The notes under the pieces were generated by a model. It saw only the letters and a list, made by a program, of their open reading frames with translations. It was not told where the DNA came from and did not search any database. A stretch of DNA of 64,000 nt from an uncultured Alphaproteobacteria bacterium. Its GTDB lineage: Bacteria > Pseudomonadota > Alphaproteobacteria > Micropepsales > Micropepsaceae. The stretch lies in NCBI GenBank assembly GCA_963766355.1, contig CAVXZV010000006.1, positions 7,096-71,095 on the forward strand. Direction: 5' to 3'. Numbering within the stretch: position 1 is the stretch's first letter; each line of letters opens with the position of its first letter. Shown one piece after another: positions 40,552-51,265 of the stretch. Both the position numbers and the translations under genes were made by a program.

Positions 40552-41496
40552 TTACGCTCTCTGGATGTACTGTTTAAGGTTTTTTCGGATCCGGTCTTCG
40601 ATCGAAAGCCCATTTGGCACGGCTTCAACTGTTTCGCCGGTGAGGCGCTGAAAAAGGATCCCGTACCGCGCACTGATTTCATCCATCAGTTCTTGCGGTG
40701 GGCTTGGAAGTTCGGCAGCTGCGTAGGGGTCGCAATGTTCGACGTACCAAAGTCGAAGCGATTCTTTGTCGAACGCGTCAGGCTCCATATTCTTTTCCAG
40801 TCGTTCTTCATATGACGAAGCCTCCCAATATCGGGAAGAATCCGATGTATGAATCTCGTCAATCAAACGCAGTTTTCCGTCGGCATCGATTCCAAATTCG
40901 TACTTCGTGTCGGCCAGAATTATCCCTTTGGCGATGCATTCTTCCTGACCGCGCGCAAACAACTTTCGTGAAATGGATTCGATGTCGTCCATCAAATCCG
41001 CATTCACAAGCCCTAAGCCGATCGCTTCGGTCGTGCTGATCGTTTTGTCGTGCGCGCTATCTTTTGTCGATGGCGTGAAAATTGGTCTACTGAATTTTTC
41101 ATTCTTTCGCATTCCATCGGGAAGTTGAAAGGTGCCAAAATCGCGACGCCCGTCTTTGTAATGTCGCCAAATGGAAGTCGCCGTCGAGCCGGTCAGATAA
41201 CCGCGCATAACGGCTTCAATTGCAATCGGGGTGCATGCCCGTGCAACCGTGACGTTGGGGTCTGGCACCGCCAATACATGATTGGCAACGATATCGTTCG
41301 TCGCTGCGAACCAATATGCGCTTAATCTGTTCAAAACCTGTCCCTTGCCCGGGACGTGGGCAACCACGCGATCGAAAACCGAATGACGATCGGTCGCAAC
41401 CAAGATGACACGATCATCGGTCCTGTAGACGTCTCTGACTTTTCCTTGCGACCTCGTCCCAATATTGAGGTTGGTGGCTTCGAGAACAGGCTTCAT
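40552..41496 (-). CDS. purC: SAICAR synthetase, long type
   Basis: GKVRDVY, ATDRHSVFD, GKGQVLN, FTPSTK, ILADTKYEFG, LIDEIHTSDSSRYW. Confidence 0.88.
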   Translation of the reverse strand: MKPVLEATNLNIGTRSQGKVRDVYRTDDRVILVATDRHSVFDRVVAHVPGKGQVLNRLSAYWFAATNDIVANHVLAVPDPNVTVARACTPIAIEAVMRGYLTGSTATSIWRHYKDGRRDFGTFQLPDGMRKNEKFSRPIFTPSTKDSAHDKTISTTEAIGLGLVNADLMDDIESISRKLFARGQEECIAKGIILADTKYEFGIDADGKLRLIDEIHTSDSSRYWEASSYEERLEKNMEPDAFDKESLRLWYVEHCDPYAAAELPSPPQELMDEISARYGILFQRLTGETVEAVPNGLSIEDRIRKNLKQYIQRA

Positions 41497-41724
41497 CGGT
41501 CGCTCCAGAATCTGCAATTCCAGGGTACAAACTCAGACGTTGTTACGCCTCGCGCATATCAGCCACGCCATTGATCGTCGCTGTCGCAGGAGAGCGATGA
41601 TCGACATCACGATGTGACCCACCCGGGCCAGTGTCAATCCGGCCTTTTGCCCATTCGCGACGGAGTGGTGCTTGGTGGAACTCGACGGACTCGAGCCGCG
41701 CAGAAAGAGAACGAGGCGGCGGAC

Positions 41725-44454
41725 TTACACTAGCGCTCCGTGGCAGTGTTTGAACTTTCGTCCCGAACCGCAGGGGCAGGGCGCGTTGCGTTGTACTTTG
41801 CCCCAGGTCGCCGGATTGTTGGGGTCGACCGGTAAATCGCGCGGCCGCGACAAGATGGGCTGACCGGGGCGATTGTTCGAACCGGGCTGCATCTCGTCCT
41901 CGCCGGTAAGCGGATCGATTTTGGTCTCTTGCATTTGCAGCCGGGGCGGCACCGGCAGAGGTTCCGGCTCTTCCTCCTTGATGTGTATATGCATCAATTG
42001 TCGAACGACATCGAAGCGCATCTTGCTGAGCAGGTTTTCGAACAACTCGAACGATTCACTCTTGTATTCGTTGAGCGGATCGCGCTGGCCATAGCCGCGC
42101 AGACCGACATATTGCCGAAGATGGTCGAGATGGACGATGTGCTCGCGCCAGTCGTGATCGAGCGTTTGGAGCAGGATCGCCTTTTCCGCGTATCGCATAA
42201 TCTCGGGACCGAAATTTGCGGCGCGTTCGGCGGCGCGGCTTTCGACCAGCTTGCCGATACGTTCGCGCACTTCTTCGTCCGCGATGCCTTCTTCATGCGT
42301 CCAATCGACGATCGGAAGGTCGAGGTCGAAGATCTTGTAAATCTCGTCCTTCAATCCCTTAGCGTCCCACTGTTCCGCATAGGCTTTGGGCGGAATGTGT
42401 TGGGCGACGAGTTCGTCGACCACGTCGGCGCGGTAATCGGCGATATGGTCGCTGACATCGTCGGCCGACATGATTTCCTTGCGCCGCTCGAAAATCACTT
42501 TGCGCTGGTCGTTTAGCACGTTGTCGTATTTCAGGATGTTCTTGCGGATTTCGAAGTTGCGGGCTTCGACTTTCTGCTGCGCTTTCTCCAGCGCTTTGTT
42601 GACCCAGGGATGGGTAATCGCTTCGCCTTTTTCCAGGCCCAGTCTCGTCAGAACGGAATCCATGCGCTCCGAGCCGAAGATGCGCATCAGATCGTCCTGC
42701 AACGACAGGAAGAATTTCGAGGCGCCCGGATCGCCTTGGCGGCCCGAACGGCCGCGCAGCTGGTTGTCGATGCGCCGGCTTTCGTGACGCTCCGTGCCCA
42801 CAATGTAGAGCCCGCCGGCCGCGATGACTTTCTGCTTGTCGGCGGCGACTTCGGCACGAATTTGTGCTGCGCGCCGCGCCAGCTCGTCTTGATCGACGAT
42901 ACCGCCCAGCTCGTTGCGGATGCGCATATCCGCGTTGCCGCCGAGCTGGATGTCCGTACCGCGACCCGCCATGTTGGTGGCGATGGTGATGGTCCCGGAG
43001 ACGCCCGCCTGCGCCACAATGGGCGCTTCCTGCTCGTGGAACCGCGCATTCAGCACGTTGTGCTTGATCTTGCGCTTTTTCAGCAGATCCGAAAGCTGCT
43101 CGGACTTTTCGATCGATGTCGTACCGACCAGCACCGGCTGTCCGCGCTCCTGGCACTCCTCCACCAGCGCGATGATCGCTTCGTTCTTCTCGTCGTAAGT
43201 GCGATAGACCTCGTCGTCGGCGTCGAGGCGCTTGACCGGCAGATTGGTCGGAATCTCGATGACATCGAGTTCATAGATATCCATGAATTCCGCCGCTTCG
43301 GTCATCGCCGTTCCGGTCATGCCCGCCAGCTTGTCGTAAAGCCGGAAATAGTTTTGGAAGGTGATCGAAGCCAGTGTGACGTTCTCCGGCTGGACCGTGA
43401 CGTTCTCCTTCGCTTCCAGGGCCTGATGCAGGCCTTCGGAATAGCGGCGACCTTCCATCATGCGGCCGGTAAATTCGTCGATGATGACGACCTGGTCGTT
43501 CTTGACGATGTAGTCCTTATCTTTGGCGAACAATTTGTGCGCCTTCAGCGCCTGGGTGACGTGATGGACGACAGAGATGTTTTCGATATCGTACAGATCG
43601 CCGGTTTCCAGCAGACCGGCGGTGCGCAAATGTTCCACCATATGCTCGTTGCCGGAATCGGTTAGGCTCACCTGGCGCTGTTTTTCGTCGAGTTCGAAAT
43701 CGTCCTTGCCGAGCAGCGGTATCAGCTTGTCGACCTTGCGATACATTTCCGTCAGGTCTTCGGTCGGGCCCGAAATGATAAGCGGCGTACGCGCTTCGTC
43801 GACCAGAATGGAGTCCACTTCGTCGACGATGGCGTAGGAGTGTTGGCGCTGGGTCATCGTCGCGATCGAATACTTCATATTGTCGCGCAGATAATCGAAG
43901 CCGAATTCGTTGTTGGTGCCGTAGGTAACGTCCGACGCATAAGCTTGGCGACGTTCTTCATCGCTGAGGCCATGCACGATGCAACCGACGCTGAGGCCCA
44001 GAAAGCGATAGATCTGGCCCATCCATTCGGCGTCGCGCTTGGCCAGATAGTCGTTTACGGTGACGACATGCACGCCTTCGCCGGCCAGCGCATTGAGATA
44101 AACCGCCAGAGTGGCGACCAGCGTTTTGCCTTCGCCGGTTTTCATCTCGGCGATGTTGCCGTAATGCAGAACCATTCCGCCGACCAATTGAACGTCGAAA
44201 TGCCGTTGGCCCAGCGTCCGCGTTGCGGCCTCGCGAACGGTGGCAAAAGCTTCCGGCAAGATGTCTTCTAAAGTCGCGCCCTCGGCCAGGCGTTGCTTGA
44301 AGGCGGGCGTCATGGCCGCCAATTCCTCGTCGGTCTTGGCTTTGTACGCCGGCTCGAGTGCATTGATCTCGGCCACGGTGGACCAAAACCGCCTCACTTT
44401 CCGCTCATTGGCGGAGCCGAAGAAACGTTGCGCAATCGCGCCAAAACCCTGCAT
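41725..44454 (-). CDS. secA: Preprotein translocase SecA
   Basis: [51 protein letters not shown]-terminal [13 protein letters not shown]. Confidence 0.98.
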   Translation of the reverse strand: MQGFGAIAQRFFGSANERKVRRFWSTVAEINALEPAYKAKTDEELAAMTPAFKQRLAEGATLEDILPEAFATVREAATRTLGQRHFDVQLVGGMVLHYGNIAEMKTGEGKTLVATLAVYLNALAGEGVHVVTVNDYLAKRDAEWMGQIYRFLGLSVGCIVHGLSDEERRQAYASDVTYGTNNEFGFDYLRDNMKYSIATMTQRQHSYAIVDEVDSILVDEARTPLIISGPTEDLTEMYRKVDKLIPLLGKDDFELDEKQRQVSLTDSGNEHMVEHLRTAGLLETGDLYDIENISVVHHVTQALKAHKLFAKDKDYIVKNDQVVIIDEFTGRMMEGRRYSEGLHQALEAKENVTVQPENVTLASITFQNYFRLYDKLAGMTGTAMTEAAEFMDIYELDVIEIPTNLPVKRLDADDEVYRTYDEKNEAIIALVEECQERGQPVLVGTTSIEKSEQLSDLLKKRKIKHNVLNARFHEQEAPIVAQAGVSGTITIATNMAGRGTDIQLGGNADMRIRNELGGIVDQDELARRAAQIRAEVAADKQKVIAAGGLYIVGTERHESRRIDNQLRGRSGRQGDPGASKFFLSLQDDLMRIFGSERMDSVLTRLGLEKGEAITHPWVNKALEKAQQKVEARNFEIRKNILKYDNVLNDQRKVIFERRKEIMSADDVSDHIADYRADVVDELVAQHIPPKAYAEQWDAKGLKDEIYKIFDLDLPIVDWTHEEGIADEEVRERIGKLVESRAAERAANFGPEIMRYAEKAILLQTLDHDWREHIVHLDHLRQYVGLRGYGQRDPLNEYKSESFELFENLLSKMRFDVVRQLMHIHIKEEEPEPLPVPPRLQMQETKIDPLTGEDEMQPGSNNRPGQPILSRPRDLPVDPNNPATWGKVQRNAPCPCGSGRKFKHCHGALV

Positions 44455-44595
44455 AAAATCCTCTGTCCGGCCTAAATCCGCATGGCCGGGACGGGCTCCC
44501 GGCTTTGCGCCGCGCCGGAGAGATAAGAATGGTCCACCCCCTTGTCAAATCAGACGATTCCGGCCAAACCCCGCGGCCAGCCGGGAGACACAATT

Positions 44596-45897
44596 ATGAC
44601 GCAGGCTCGCAAGATGGCGAATGTAAAGCTGGAGGCCATCTGTCACGACGCCCCAAGCAACGCAGCGCCTTTGGTGTCGCCGTTGGCGCCCAAAAATATC
44701 GCAAAACTTCCGCCATTGGCCGGCGTGCAGTTGGCCGCGGGTGAGGCCGGAATTCGCTATAAGAATCGCACGGATGTGATGTTGGCGGTGTTTGCGCCGG
44801 GTACCCAGGCGGCGGGTGTCTTTACCAAGTCCAAGACGGCGTCTGCGCCCGTTTACTGGTGCAAGACCAGCCTGAAAGGCGGACAAGCCCGCGCTTTGGT
44901 GGTCAACAGCGGCAACGCCAACGCCTTTACGGGAAAAGCGGGGTTCGATGGAGCGCGCACGGTCGCACAATCCGCCGCGGCCTATGTCGGCTGCAAGGCG
45001 GTTGAGGTTTTTCTGGCTTCTACCGGGGTCATCGGCGAACCGCTTCCCACCGAAAAAATCACACGCGTGCTCGCAAGTCTGGTGCAACAGACATCCGCTG
45101 CAGGCTGGCGCGCTGCGGCCGAAGCGATCATGACGACCGATACGTACCCTAAGCTTGCAACGGCGTCCGCGACCATCGACGGCAAGAAAGTAACGATCAA
45201 CGGCATCGCCAAAGGCTCCGGCATGATTGCGCCGGACATGGCGACAATGCTGTCTTTCGTTGTCACCGACGCAAACCTGCCGGCTGCGGTTCTTCAAGAA
45301 CTGTTATCCGCCGGCGTAAAACCGTCATTCAATTCCATCACGGTCGATAGCGATACGTCCACAAGCGATACGCTGCTGCTGTTTGCGACAGGCAAAGGCG
45401 CAAAGCATCCGGCGATCGCCAAAGCCAACGACAAACGCCTTGGCGATTTCCGCGCCAAGCTCGATGCCGTGTTGCTCGATCTTGCGCTGCAGGTCGTGCG
45501 CGACGGCGAGGGCGCTCAAAAACTGATCCGCATCGATGTGACCGGCGCCGATTCCGACATCGCCGCCAAACGCATGGCGCTTAGCATCGCCAATTCGCCT
45601 CTGGTGAAAACCGCTATCGCGGGCAACGACGCCAATTGGGGGCGCGTTGTGATGGCCATCGGCAAAGCGGGCGAAAAGGCCGACCGCGACACGTTGTCGA
45701 TCCGCTTCGGCAAAGAGCTGGTTGCGGAAAAAGGCGACCGCGCCGCGAAGTATAACGAGGCCGCAGCCACCAAAGCGGTCTCGGGCCTCGAAGTGGAAAT
45801 CGCCGTCGATCTGGCACTTGGCAAAGGCCGCGCGCGCGTCTGGACCTGCGATTTGACGCACGGCTATATCGACATCAACGGGAGCTATAGAAGCTAA
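44596..45897 (+). CDS. argJ: Bifunctional ornithine acetyltransferase
   Basis: [63 protein letters not shown]. Confidence 0.96.
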   Translation: MTQARKMANVKLEAICHDAPSNAAPLVSPLAPKNIAKLPPLAGVQLAAGEAGIRYKNRTDVMLAVFAPGTQAAGVFTKSKTASAPVYWCKTSLKGGQARALVVNSGNANAFTGKAGFDGARTVAQSAAAYVGCKAVEVFLASTGVIGEPLPTEKITRVLASLVQQTSAAGWRAAAEAIMTTDTYPKLATASATIDGKKVTINGIAKGSGMIAPDMATMLSFVVTDANLPAAVLQELLSAGVKPSFNSITVDSDTSTSDTLLLFATGKGAKHPAIAKANDKRLGDFRAKLDAVLLDLALQVVRDGEGAQKLIRIDVTGADSDIAAKRMALSIANSPLVKTAIAGNDANWGRVVMAIGKAGEKADRDTLSIRFGKELVAEKGDRAAKYNEAAATKAVSGLEVEIAVDLALGKGRARVWTCDLTHGYIDINGSYRS

Positions 45898-45904
45898 CGC
45901 TTTC

Positions 45905-46104
45905 GCCCGATCCATTTCGCTTCGCTCAATGGATCGCTCGTACGCGGTCGCTACTCGCCCCCGCGTAGGGGGAGGTTAAGGATAAACCCGCAATCTTTCC
46001 ATGCCCACGTTGGGCGACGAGAAATTTGCGATGGTTTGTTTCACCTCCCCCAACGCGGGGAGGTCGATCCGGCGAAGCGCAGCGACGCCGCATCGGGTGG
46101 GGGG
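45905..46104. repeat. REP-like hairpin doublet
   Basis: CTACTCGCCCCC-gcgta-GGGGGAGG at 45951-45975 and ACCTCCCC...GGGGAGGTCGA-stem-CGGGTGGGGGG at 46042-46104. Confidence 0.75.
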
Positions 46105-46136
46105 AAACACCAAAGGCCACCGCAGAAGATCCCGCT

Positions 46137-46697
46137 CTAGGCAAAATAAGACATAGCCAGCAACACGGCGCCCAAGGCGCCAAAGCTTGTCGCGCCAAGC
46201 CACAGCCATTTGCGGCGCGTGATGATGGCGACCGTGGACATCGCGATTCCGATTTCGAACAGCGTGGCGGCGCCGGTCAGCCAATGATGGCGCTTCTCGT
46301 GCGCTGCGCTTTCGGCAAGAAGATTGTCGCGCTTCTTTTCTTCGCCGATCGCGATCGCTCTGATCTGCGCCTGTTTGCCGACTTCGCCGCGCGCGATCTT
46401 TCGATATTCCGCGCTCTTGGGTCCGGGATTGTCGGCGGCAATTCCGTAGAGATGCTTCTTCAAACTCTCGGCTTGGTATTCGCTCCAGGCATCCGTCGCC
46501 TTGTCCTGCGCGAGGACCGCCTCGCTCGAGGCGCCCAGCGCGCGTCCGCCTTCGACCGTTTCGAGGCTTCCGGCACCGGCTGCCAGCACGGCAAGAACGG
46601 CAACCGTGATGGCGATGCGGGCAATGAAGGGATCGTGCGCGGCGTGTTCCGCGTGCTCGGTATGCTCATGCGCGTCGAGTGCGGGGTCGTGGACCAT
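46137..46697 (-). CDS. DUF4337-like membrane protein
   Basis: His-rich N-terminus, IAITVAVLAVLAA, DAWSEYQAESLKKHL, LFEIGIAMS. Confidence 0.7.
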   Translation of the reverse strand: MVHDPALDAHEHTEHAEHAAHDPFIARIAITVAVLAVLAAGAGSLETVEGGRALGASSEAVLAQDKATDAWSEYQAESLKKHLYGIAADNPGPKSAEYRKIARGEVGKQAQIRAIAIGEEKKRDNLLAESAAHEKRHHWLTGAATLFEIGIAMSTVAIITRRKWLWLGATSFGALGAVLLAMSYFA

Positions 46698-46883
46698 GGT
46701 TTTCCGGCTCCCAATTTGCCCGTTAACGATGCTTCCCGTAACTTCTGCACATCTGATGGCGCCGCTGCAACCGCGACGGCCCAATTCGATTCATGGTTTT
46801 CAAGAGGATAATTCGGGGGGCCTCGCGCTTGCCAATCTCTTAACAGGGCCGTAAGCGACGGGATGCATGATGGAGCGGATCGT

Positions 46884-47285
46884 ATGGCGAAGCTAATCCT
46901 CGTAATCGCTTGTGCCTTGATCGATCCCGACGGGCGCGTGTTGATGGCGCAAAGGCCCGCCGGCAAGAATTTGGCGGGCCTATGGGAATTTCCGGGCGGC
47001 AAGATGGAAGCGGGGGAACGCCCCGAGGATACGCTGATCCGCGAGCTGGGCGAGGAGCTGGGGATCGAGGTGAAAGAGCCATGCCTAGCACCGTTCAGTT
47101 TTGCATCGCACAGTTACGCGGACTTTCATTTGCTCATGCCGCTTTACATTTGCCGCCGATGGGAAGGCACGCCCCAAGCGTTGGAACACACAGCGATCAA
47201 ATGGCTGATGCCCAAGGACATGGCGCAGCTGCCTCTGACGCCAGCGGATATTCCGCTGGTTCCGGTGTTGCGGGACCTCTTGTGA
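46884..47285 (+). CDS. mutT: 8-oxo-dGTP diphosphatase (Nudix)
   Basis: WEFPGGKMEAGERPEDTLIRELGEELG Nudix box. Confidence 0.93.
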   Translation: MAKLILVIACALIDPDGRVLMAQRPAGKNLAGLWEFPGGKMEAGERPEDTLIRELGEELGIEVKEPCLAPFSFASHSYADFHLLMPLYICRRWEGTPQALEHTAIKWLMPKDMAQLPLTPADIPLVPVLRDLL

Positions 47286-47425
47286 AGACATTTATCGGCA
47301 ACGAGCACGGCGCGACGGCGATCGAATATGCCCTGATTGCCGGGATCATATCGATTGTGGCCGTTGCCTCGCTGCAAATCATCGGCACATCGATAGCCAC
47401 AATGCTCGCGGGCGTGCATTTTTAA
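47282..47425 (+). CDS. Flp family type IVb pilin
   Basis: MKTFIGNEHG/ATAIEYALIAGIISI; GTG overlaps the mutT stop. Confidence 0.85.
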   Translation: MKTFIGNEHGATAIEYALIAGIISIVAVASLQIIGTSIATMLAGVHF

Positions 47426-47549
47426 AGCACGATGTTCCGGGTTAGAAACGTCTGCGTTTTGCGCTTTTTCCGATGCATCCCCCCACCCTGACATGCTCGC
47501 TCTCGCTCGCATGTCGCTCGCACGCTGGCGCTACTCGCCCCCGCGTTGG

Positions 47550-48842
47550 CAGGGGTGTCCGGGGAACGATTCACTGTGACGCGGGAGCATGCCCGGCCAA
47601 ATCTGCACGAAGCAGCTACTTTTTGGTTGTCAAGACTTAGCAAGTAGGAAGGCCGAGCATGCGCTACAGCGATAACATTTTTGGTCGTCTTCTCAAACCG
47701 GTCTCGCGCCGGCAGTTCGACGCAAGCGTGGTGCGGCACGAAGCCGATGCCTATGACAAGGAGTTTCGGAGCTGGAACCACATGGTCTTGTTGATCTTTG
47801 CCCAGCTTAGCGGGGTAAGTGGTCTGCGTGACCTTGAAGCGGTGTGGAATGCCAATTCCAATCACCACTATCACCTCGGTGCCGGCAAGATTGCGCGCTC
47901 GACCGTCTCCGACGCCAATGCGCGGCGTCCTGTGGCGGTGTTCGGCGAGACGTTTTCCCGGCTTTCGAGCCTTGCCGACCGCGTGGTACGGCGCGAAGGC
48001 GAGGCGATGCTTCGGCTGATTGATTCCACGCCTGTCCCGCTGAGTGCGGCTATCGATTGGGTGAAGTCGAACGGACGCATTAAAGGGCTGAAGCTTCATG
48101 TCGTCTACGATCCGGTGTCCGACACCCCGACCCATATCGAGATTACCGACGCCAACATCAACGACGTAACCATCGGCGAACGGTTTCCAATCCAGCCCGG
48201 TTTTATGCACGTCTTCGACAAAGCCTATTGCAAATACCCTTGGTGGACAGCAATTCATGAGGCTTCCGCGACGTTCGTGACCCGCCAGAAGATATCTTCG
48301 AAGTTCCGCGCGATTTCCAAGCGCAAGCCCAGAAGATGCAATGGCGACGGCTTCAAGATCATCGACGAAGCCGAGGTCAAGTTCGTCTCCAAGGGCAATT
48401 CCAAGCTCGCGATCCCGCTGCGGCGCATCCGCCTGCGCCGTGATGATGGCCCAAAGATCACACTCATAACCAACGACATGGAGCGTTCCGCCGTCGAGAT
48501 CGCGAGCTTCTACAAAAAGCGCTGGCAGATCGAGCTTCTGTTCCGCTGGATCAAGCAACACCTCGACATCACGACCTTCCTCGGCCGCAACCAGAATGCC
48601 ATCCGATTGCAGATCGTTGCCGCAATGATCGCTTATCTGCTTCTGCGCCTCGCTGCCCGCGAAAATCTCGTCAAAATCCCCATCATCCGTTTGGCCGGCC
48701 TCATCGCGGATCGTCTCTTCCTGCGCATGCCAATCGCAAAAATCGATAAACCGCCAGACGTACACCCCTCCAAACCCAAGCCGGCATACTCCCTTGACCA
48801 GCTGGAGTTCGACTATGCTTGAATTTTCCCCGGACAGCCCTG
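47550..48842 (+). mobile_element. IS4-family insertion sequence, copy 2 (1293 bp), 9-bp TSD CCGCGTTGG
   Basis: Same IRs as copy 1; TSD at 47541-47549 and 48843-48851. Confidence 0.92.
47659..48822 (+). CDS. IS4-family DDE transposase
   Basis: Protein identical to 37828-38991. Confidence 0.92.
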   Translation: MRYSDNIFGRLLKPVSRRQFDASVVRHEADAYDKEFRSWNHMVLLIFAQLSGVSGLRDLEAVWNANSNHHYHLGAGKIARSTVSDANARRPVAVFGETFSRLSSLADRVVRREGEAMLRLIDSTPVPLSAAIDWVKSNGRIKGLKLHVVYDPVSDTPTHIEITDANINDVTIGERFPIQPGFMHVFDKAYCKYPWWTAIHEASATFVTRQKISSKFRAISKRKPRRCNGDGFKIIDEAEVKFVSKGNSKLAIPLRRIRLRRDDGPKITLITNDMERSAVEIASFYKKRWQIELLFRWIKQHLDITTFLGRNQNAIRLQIVAAMIAYLLLRLAARENLVKIPIIRLAGLIADRLFLRMPIAKIDKPPDVHPSKPKPAYSLDQLEFDYA

Positions 48843-49038
48843 CCGCGTTGGGGGAGGGGAAAGATTCTCAATTGTCCCTTTCACCTCCCCCTACGCGGGG
48901 AGGTCGACCTCCGAAGCTGCGCAGCAGCGTAGGAGGGCGGGTGGGGGGCTAGATGTCAGGAAACGGCGCCGACGATTCTACTCCAGAAGTTCTTGCTGTA
49001 GCCTTGGCACCGCGGGCGCTTGCCTTATATTGCAGCGT

Positions 49039-50142
49039 ATGACCGCCAGTAGAATCCACGCCGTTTATCACGTCCGCAGCGATGCAAAATCCATTGCCGC
49101 GCGCGCCGAAGGCATTGCCGTCGAACAAAGCGTCGAGATGCCCGTCAGCGCCATCGACGAACCGTTCGTGCTGAACGAGACGCTGGGAAAAGTCGAAAAC
49201 ATCGCCGATCTGGGCGGCGGACGGTTTGAAGTGCGCATTGGCCTCGCTGCGATTACGACAGGATTTGAGCCCGGCCAGCTGCTCAACATGCTGTTCGGAA
49301 ACAGCTCGATTCAAGATGATGTGACGCTCGTCGACGCACATTTTCCCGAGGAATTCGCCGCCATCTTCGGCGGGCCCAATCATGGCCTTGCTGGATTGCG
49401 GGCGCGGGTCGGCGCCAAAGCGGCACTCACCTGTTCGGCGCTGAAGCCGCAAGGTTCGACATCTGCCGCCTTGGCCAAGATCGCGGGACAAATCGCGGCC
49501 GGCGGGATCGATTACCTCAAGGACGATCACGGGCTTGCCAATCAAAGCTACAGCCCTTTCGCGGAGCGGGTGCCGGCGATCGCCGAGGCCGTGGCAAAGG
49601 CCGCCGCGCGCAGCGGCACGCCGACCCGTTATCTGCCCAGCCTCAACGGCAATCTGGATTCCCTGCGCGAGCAAGTGAGGCTGTGCCGTTCCTGCGGACT
49701 CGATACCGTGTTGATCGCGCCGATGATCGCGGGGCTGGCGCAATTCCACACCCTGGTGAAGGAAAACCCCGACATCGCCTTTGTCGCGCATCCTACCATG
49801 GCGGGTGCGGCGCGGATCATGCCTGCCTTTCTCATGGGCAAGTTGTTCCGCTTGCTCGGTTCGGACGGAACGATCTTCCCCAATTACGGCGGCCGTTTCG
49901 GCTATACGCAAGAAGAATGCCGGCGCCTCGCACGCTTTGCGCTGCAGGATTGGCACGGCGTCAAATCCTGCGTGCCGGTTCCCGCCGGCGGCATGAGTCT
50001 GGAGCGCATCGGCGAAATCCTGGATTTTTATGGCGTCGATGTCATGCTGCTGATCGGCGGCAGCCTTTTGGCGACGCGCGAGCGAATGACGCAAGAAACC
50101 GCCCGCTATGTCGAAGCGGTTCGAGGGTATAAAACCCGATGA
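49039..50142 (+). CDS. rlp: RuBisCO-like protein (form IV), probable methylthioribulose-1-phosphate isomerase
   Basis: CSALKPQG and GGIDYLKDDHGL (KDDH rather than KDDE), PVPAGGM, LLIGGSL; followed by a cupin. Confidence 0.85.
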   Translation: MTASRIHAVYHVRSDAKSIAARAEGIAVEQSVEMPVSAIDEPFVLNETLGKVENIADLGGGRFEVRIGLAAITTGFEPGQLLNMLFGNSSIQDDVTLVDAHFPEEFAAIFGGPNHGLAGLRARVGAKAALTCSALKPQGSTSAALAKIAGQIAAGGIDYLKDDHGLANQSYSPFAERVPAIAEAVAKAAARSGTPTRYLPSLNGNLDSLREQVRLCRSCGLDTVLIAPMIAGLAQFHTLVKENPDIAFVAHPTMAGAARIMPAFLMGKLFRLLGSDGTIFPNYGGRFGYTQEECRRLARFALQDWHGVKSCVPVPAGGMSLERIGEILDFYGVDVMLLIGGSLLATRERMTQETARYVEAVRGYKTR

Positions 50143-50615
50143 GTGCCATGGACAAACCCGAGACAAAAGACACGAACCCGGTGCGCCGGTTCCGCGATTA
50201 TCGCTGGGACGACACCGAGCTGCTGGCCTACAAGGAAGAGGGCAGTGCGCCCTTTAAGGCGATCACCCGTCAAACTCTATTCCGCGATCCGGCCTTGCGG
50301 GCCGAGCTGCGCTATTTCGAAGTCTCGCCGGGCGGTTATTCTACGCTCGAACGTCACGAGCACATGCATGCCGTTCTGATCCTGCGCGGCCGCGGCGAAT
50401 GCCTGATCGGCGCGGAAGTGCGCAAGATCGACACCAACGATCTGGTGACGGTTGCGCCATGGACCTGGCATCAGTTCCGCGCCAATGCCGACGCGCCGCT
50501 GGGCTTTCTCTGTATGGTCAATGTCGAGCGCGACAAACCGGTGCAGCCCAGCGAGGAAGAACGCAAAGCACTGGAGTCCGACCCAAAGATAGCGGCGTTT
50601 TTATGCGGCGACTGA
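50139..50615 (+). CDS. Cupin, probable MTXu-5P methylsulfurylase
   Basis: YFEVSPGGYSTLERHEHMHAV...WHQFRA; ATGA-coupled to the RLP. Confidence 0.75.
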   Translation: MSAMDKPETKDTNPVRRFRDYRWDDTELLAYKEEGSAPFKAITRQTLFRDPALRAELRYFEVSPGGYSTLERHEHMHAVLILRGRGECLIGAEVRKIDTNDLVTVAPWTWHQFRANADAPLGFLCMVNVERDKPVQPSEEERKALESDPKIAAFLCGD

Positions 50616-50627
50616 ATTGTCGAAGTT

Positions 50628-50870
50628 CCCTCGCCCCCGCAAGGGGGAGAGGGTTGGGGTGAGGGGGTGCCGATATCAAGCGCGTGCTTGACGCTCGCGA
50701 GCACCATCCCATCCGCAGCATAGTCGTTCGAAAAGCGCGTCACGCGAAATCCTTGCGCCCGCAGAAACTCTTTACGAGCCGCGTCTTACGCTTCTCGCTC
50801 CACATGAAGCGGAACAGCCAATTCGGCGGGCCCCCTCACCCCGGCCCTCTCCCCCTTGCGGGGGCGAGGG
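50628..50870 (-). mobile_element. Internally deleted DUF559 unit between two inverted hairpins
   Basis: Relic PLHVEREA*DAARKEFLRAQGFRVTRFSNDYAAD...TPSP matches the C-terminus of 62483-62869; hairpins at 50628-50667 and 50832-50870. Confidence 0.75.
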
Positions 50871-51265
50871 TGGCCACTACTCTACTTCCCTAACCTCCGC
50901 AGGGCCGCGAGCGCAGCTCGCGGGTGAGGGGGTAATGTCCGACTTGCGCCGATTGTCGCCGTTTCGACTAACATTCCGGCGCGCTAGGTTGAATGGGTGT
51001 AGATTTAGAGGAGGGGGCAGAAGATGAGATTACCTGTCGGAGCGCTAATCGTCATCGTGTCCATTGCGATGACTCCAGTCACCGCGGATGCAACCAATGT
51101 CAATACGCTCTCTCCTGTTGATCAGGCACAACTGGTAAGCACCGCCGTCAAGCTGAGAGAGGCAATCCTTCATGTTGACCCCAAATCCGTGGTCAGCCTA
51201 ATTAGTTCATCTGACGGTCTCATATGCACCGACACCCAGTACAATAAGGCTCAAGTCCGTAAGTA

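Larger units (their letters stand above)
47479..48948. repeat. REP-like hairpin doublet split by IS4 copy 2
   Basis: Empty site reconstructs CTACTCGCCC-CCGCGTTGG-GGGAGGG; second unit at 48883-48948. Confidence 0.75.

Noticed and set aside
41500-41665. ZTP (pfl) riboswitch upstream of purC
   Set aside because: Only scattered short matches; the conserved pseudoknot and 3' CGCCUGGGC elements were not found.
46830-46856. CtrA site upstream of mutT-flp
   Set aside because: TTAA-N7-GTAA is only a partial match and lies far from the pilin start.
49039-50142. True RuBisCO and CO2 fixation
   Set aside because: The active-site motif is KDDH, the protein is short, and no rbcS or prk is nearby; this fits form IV.
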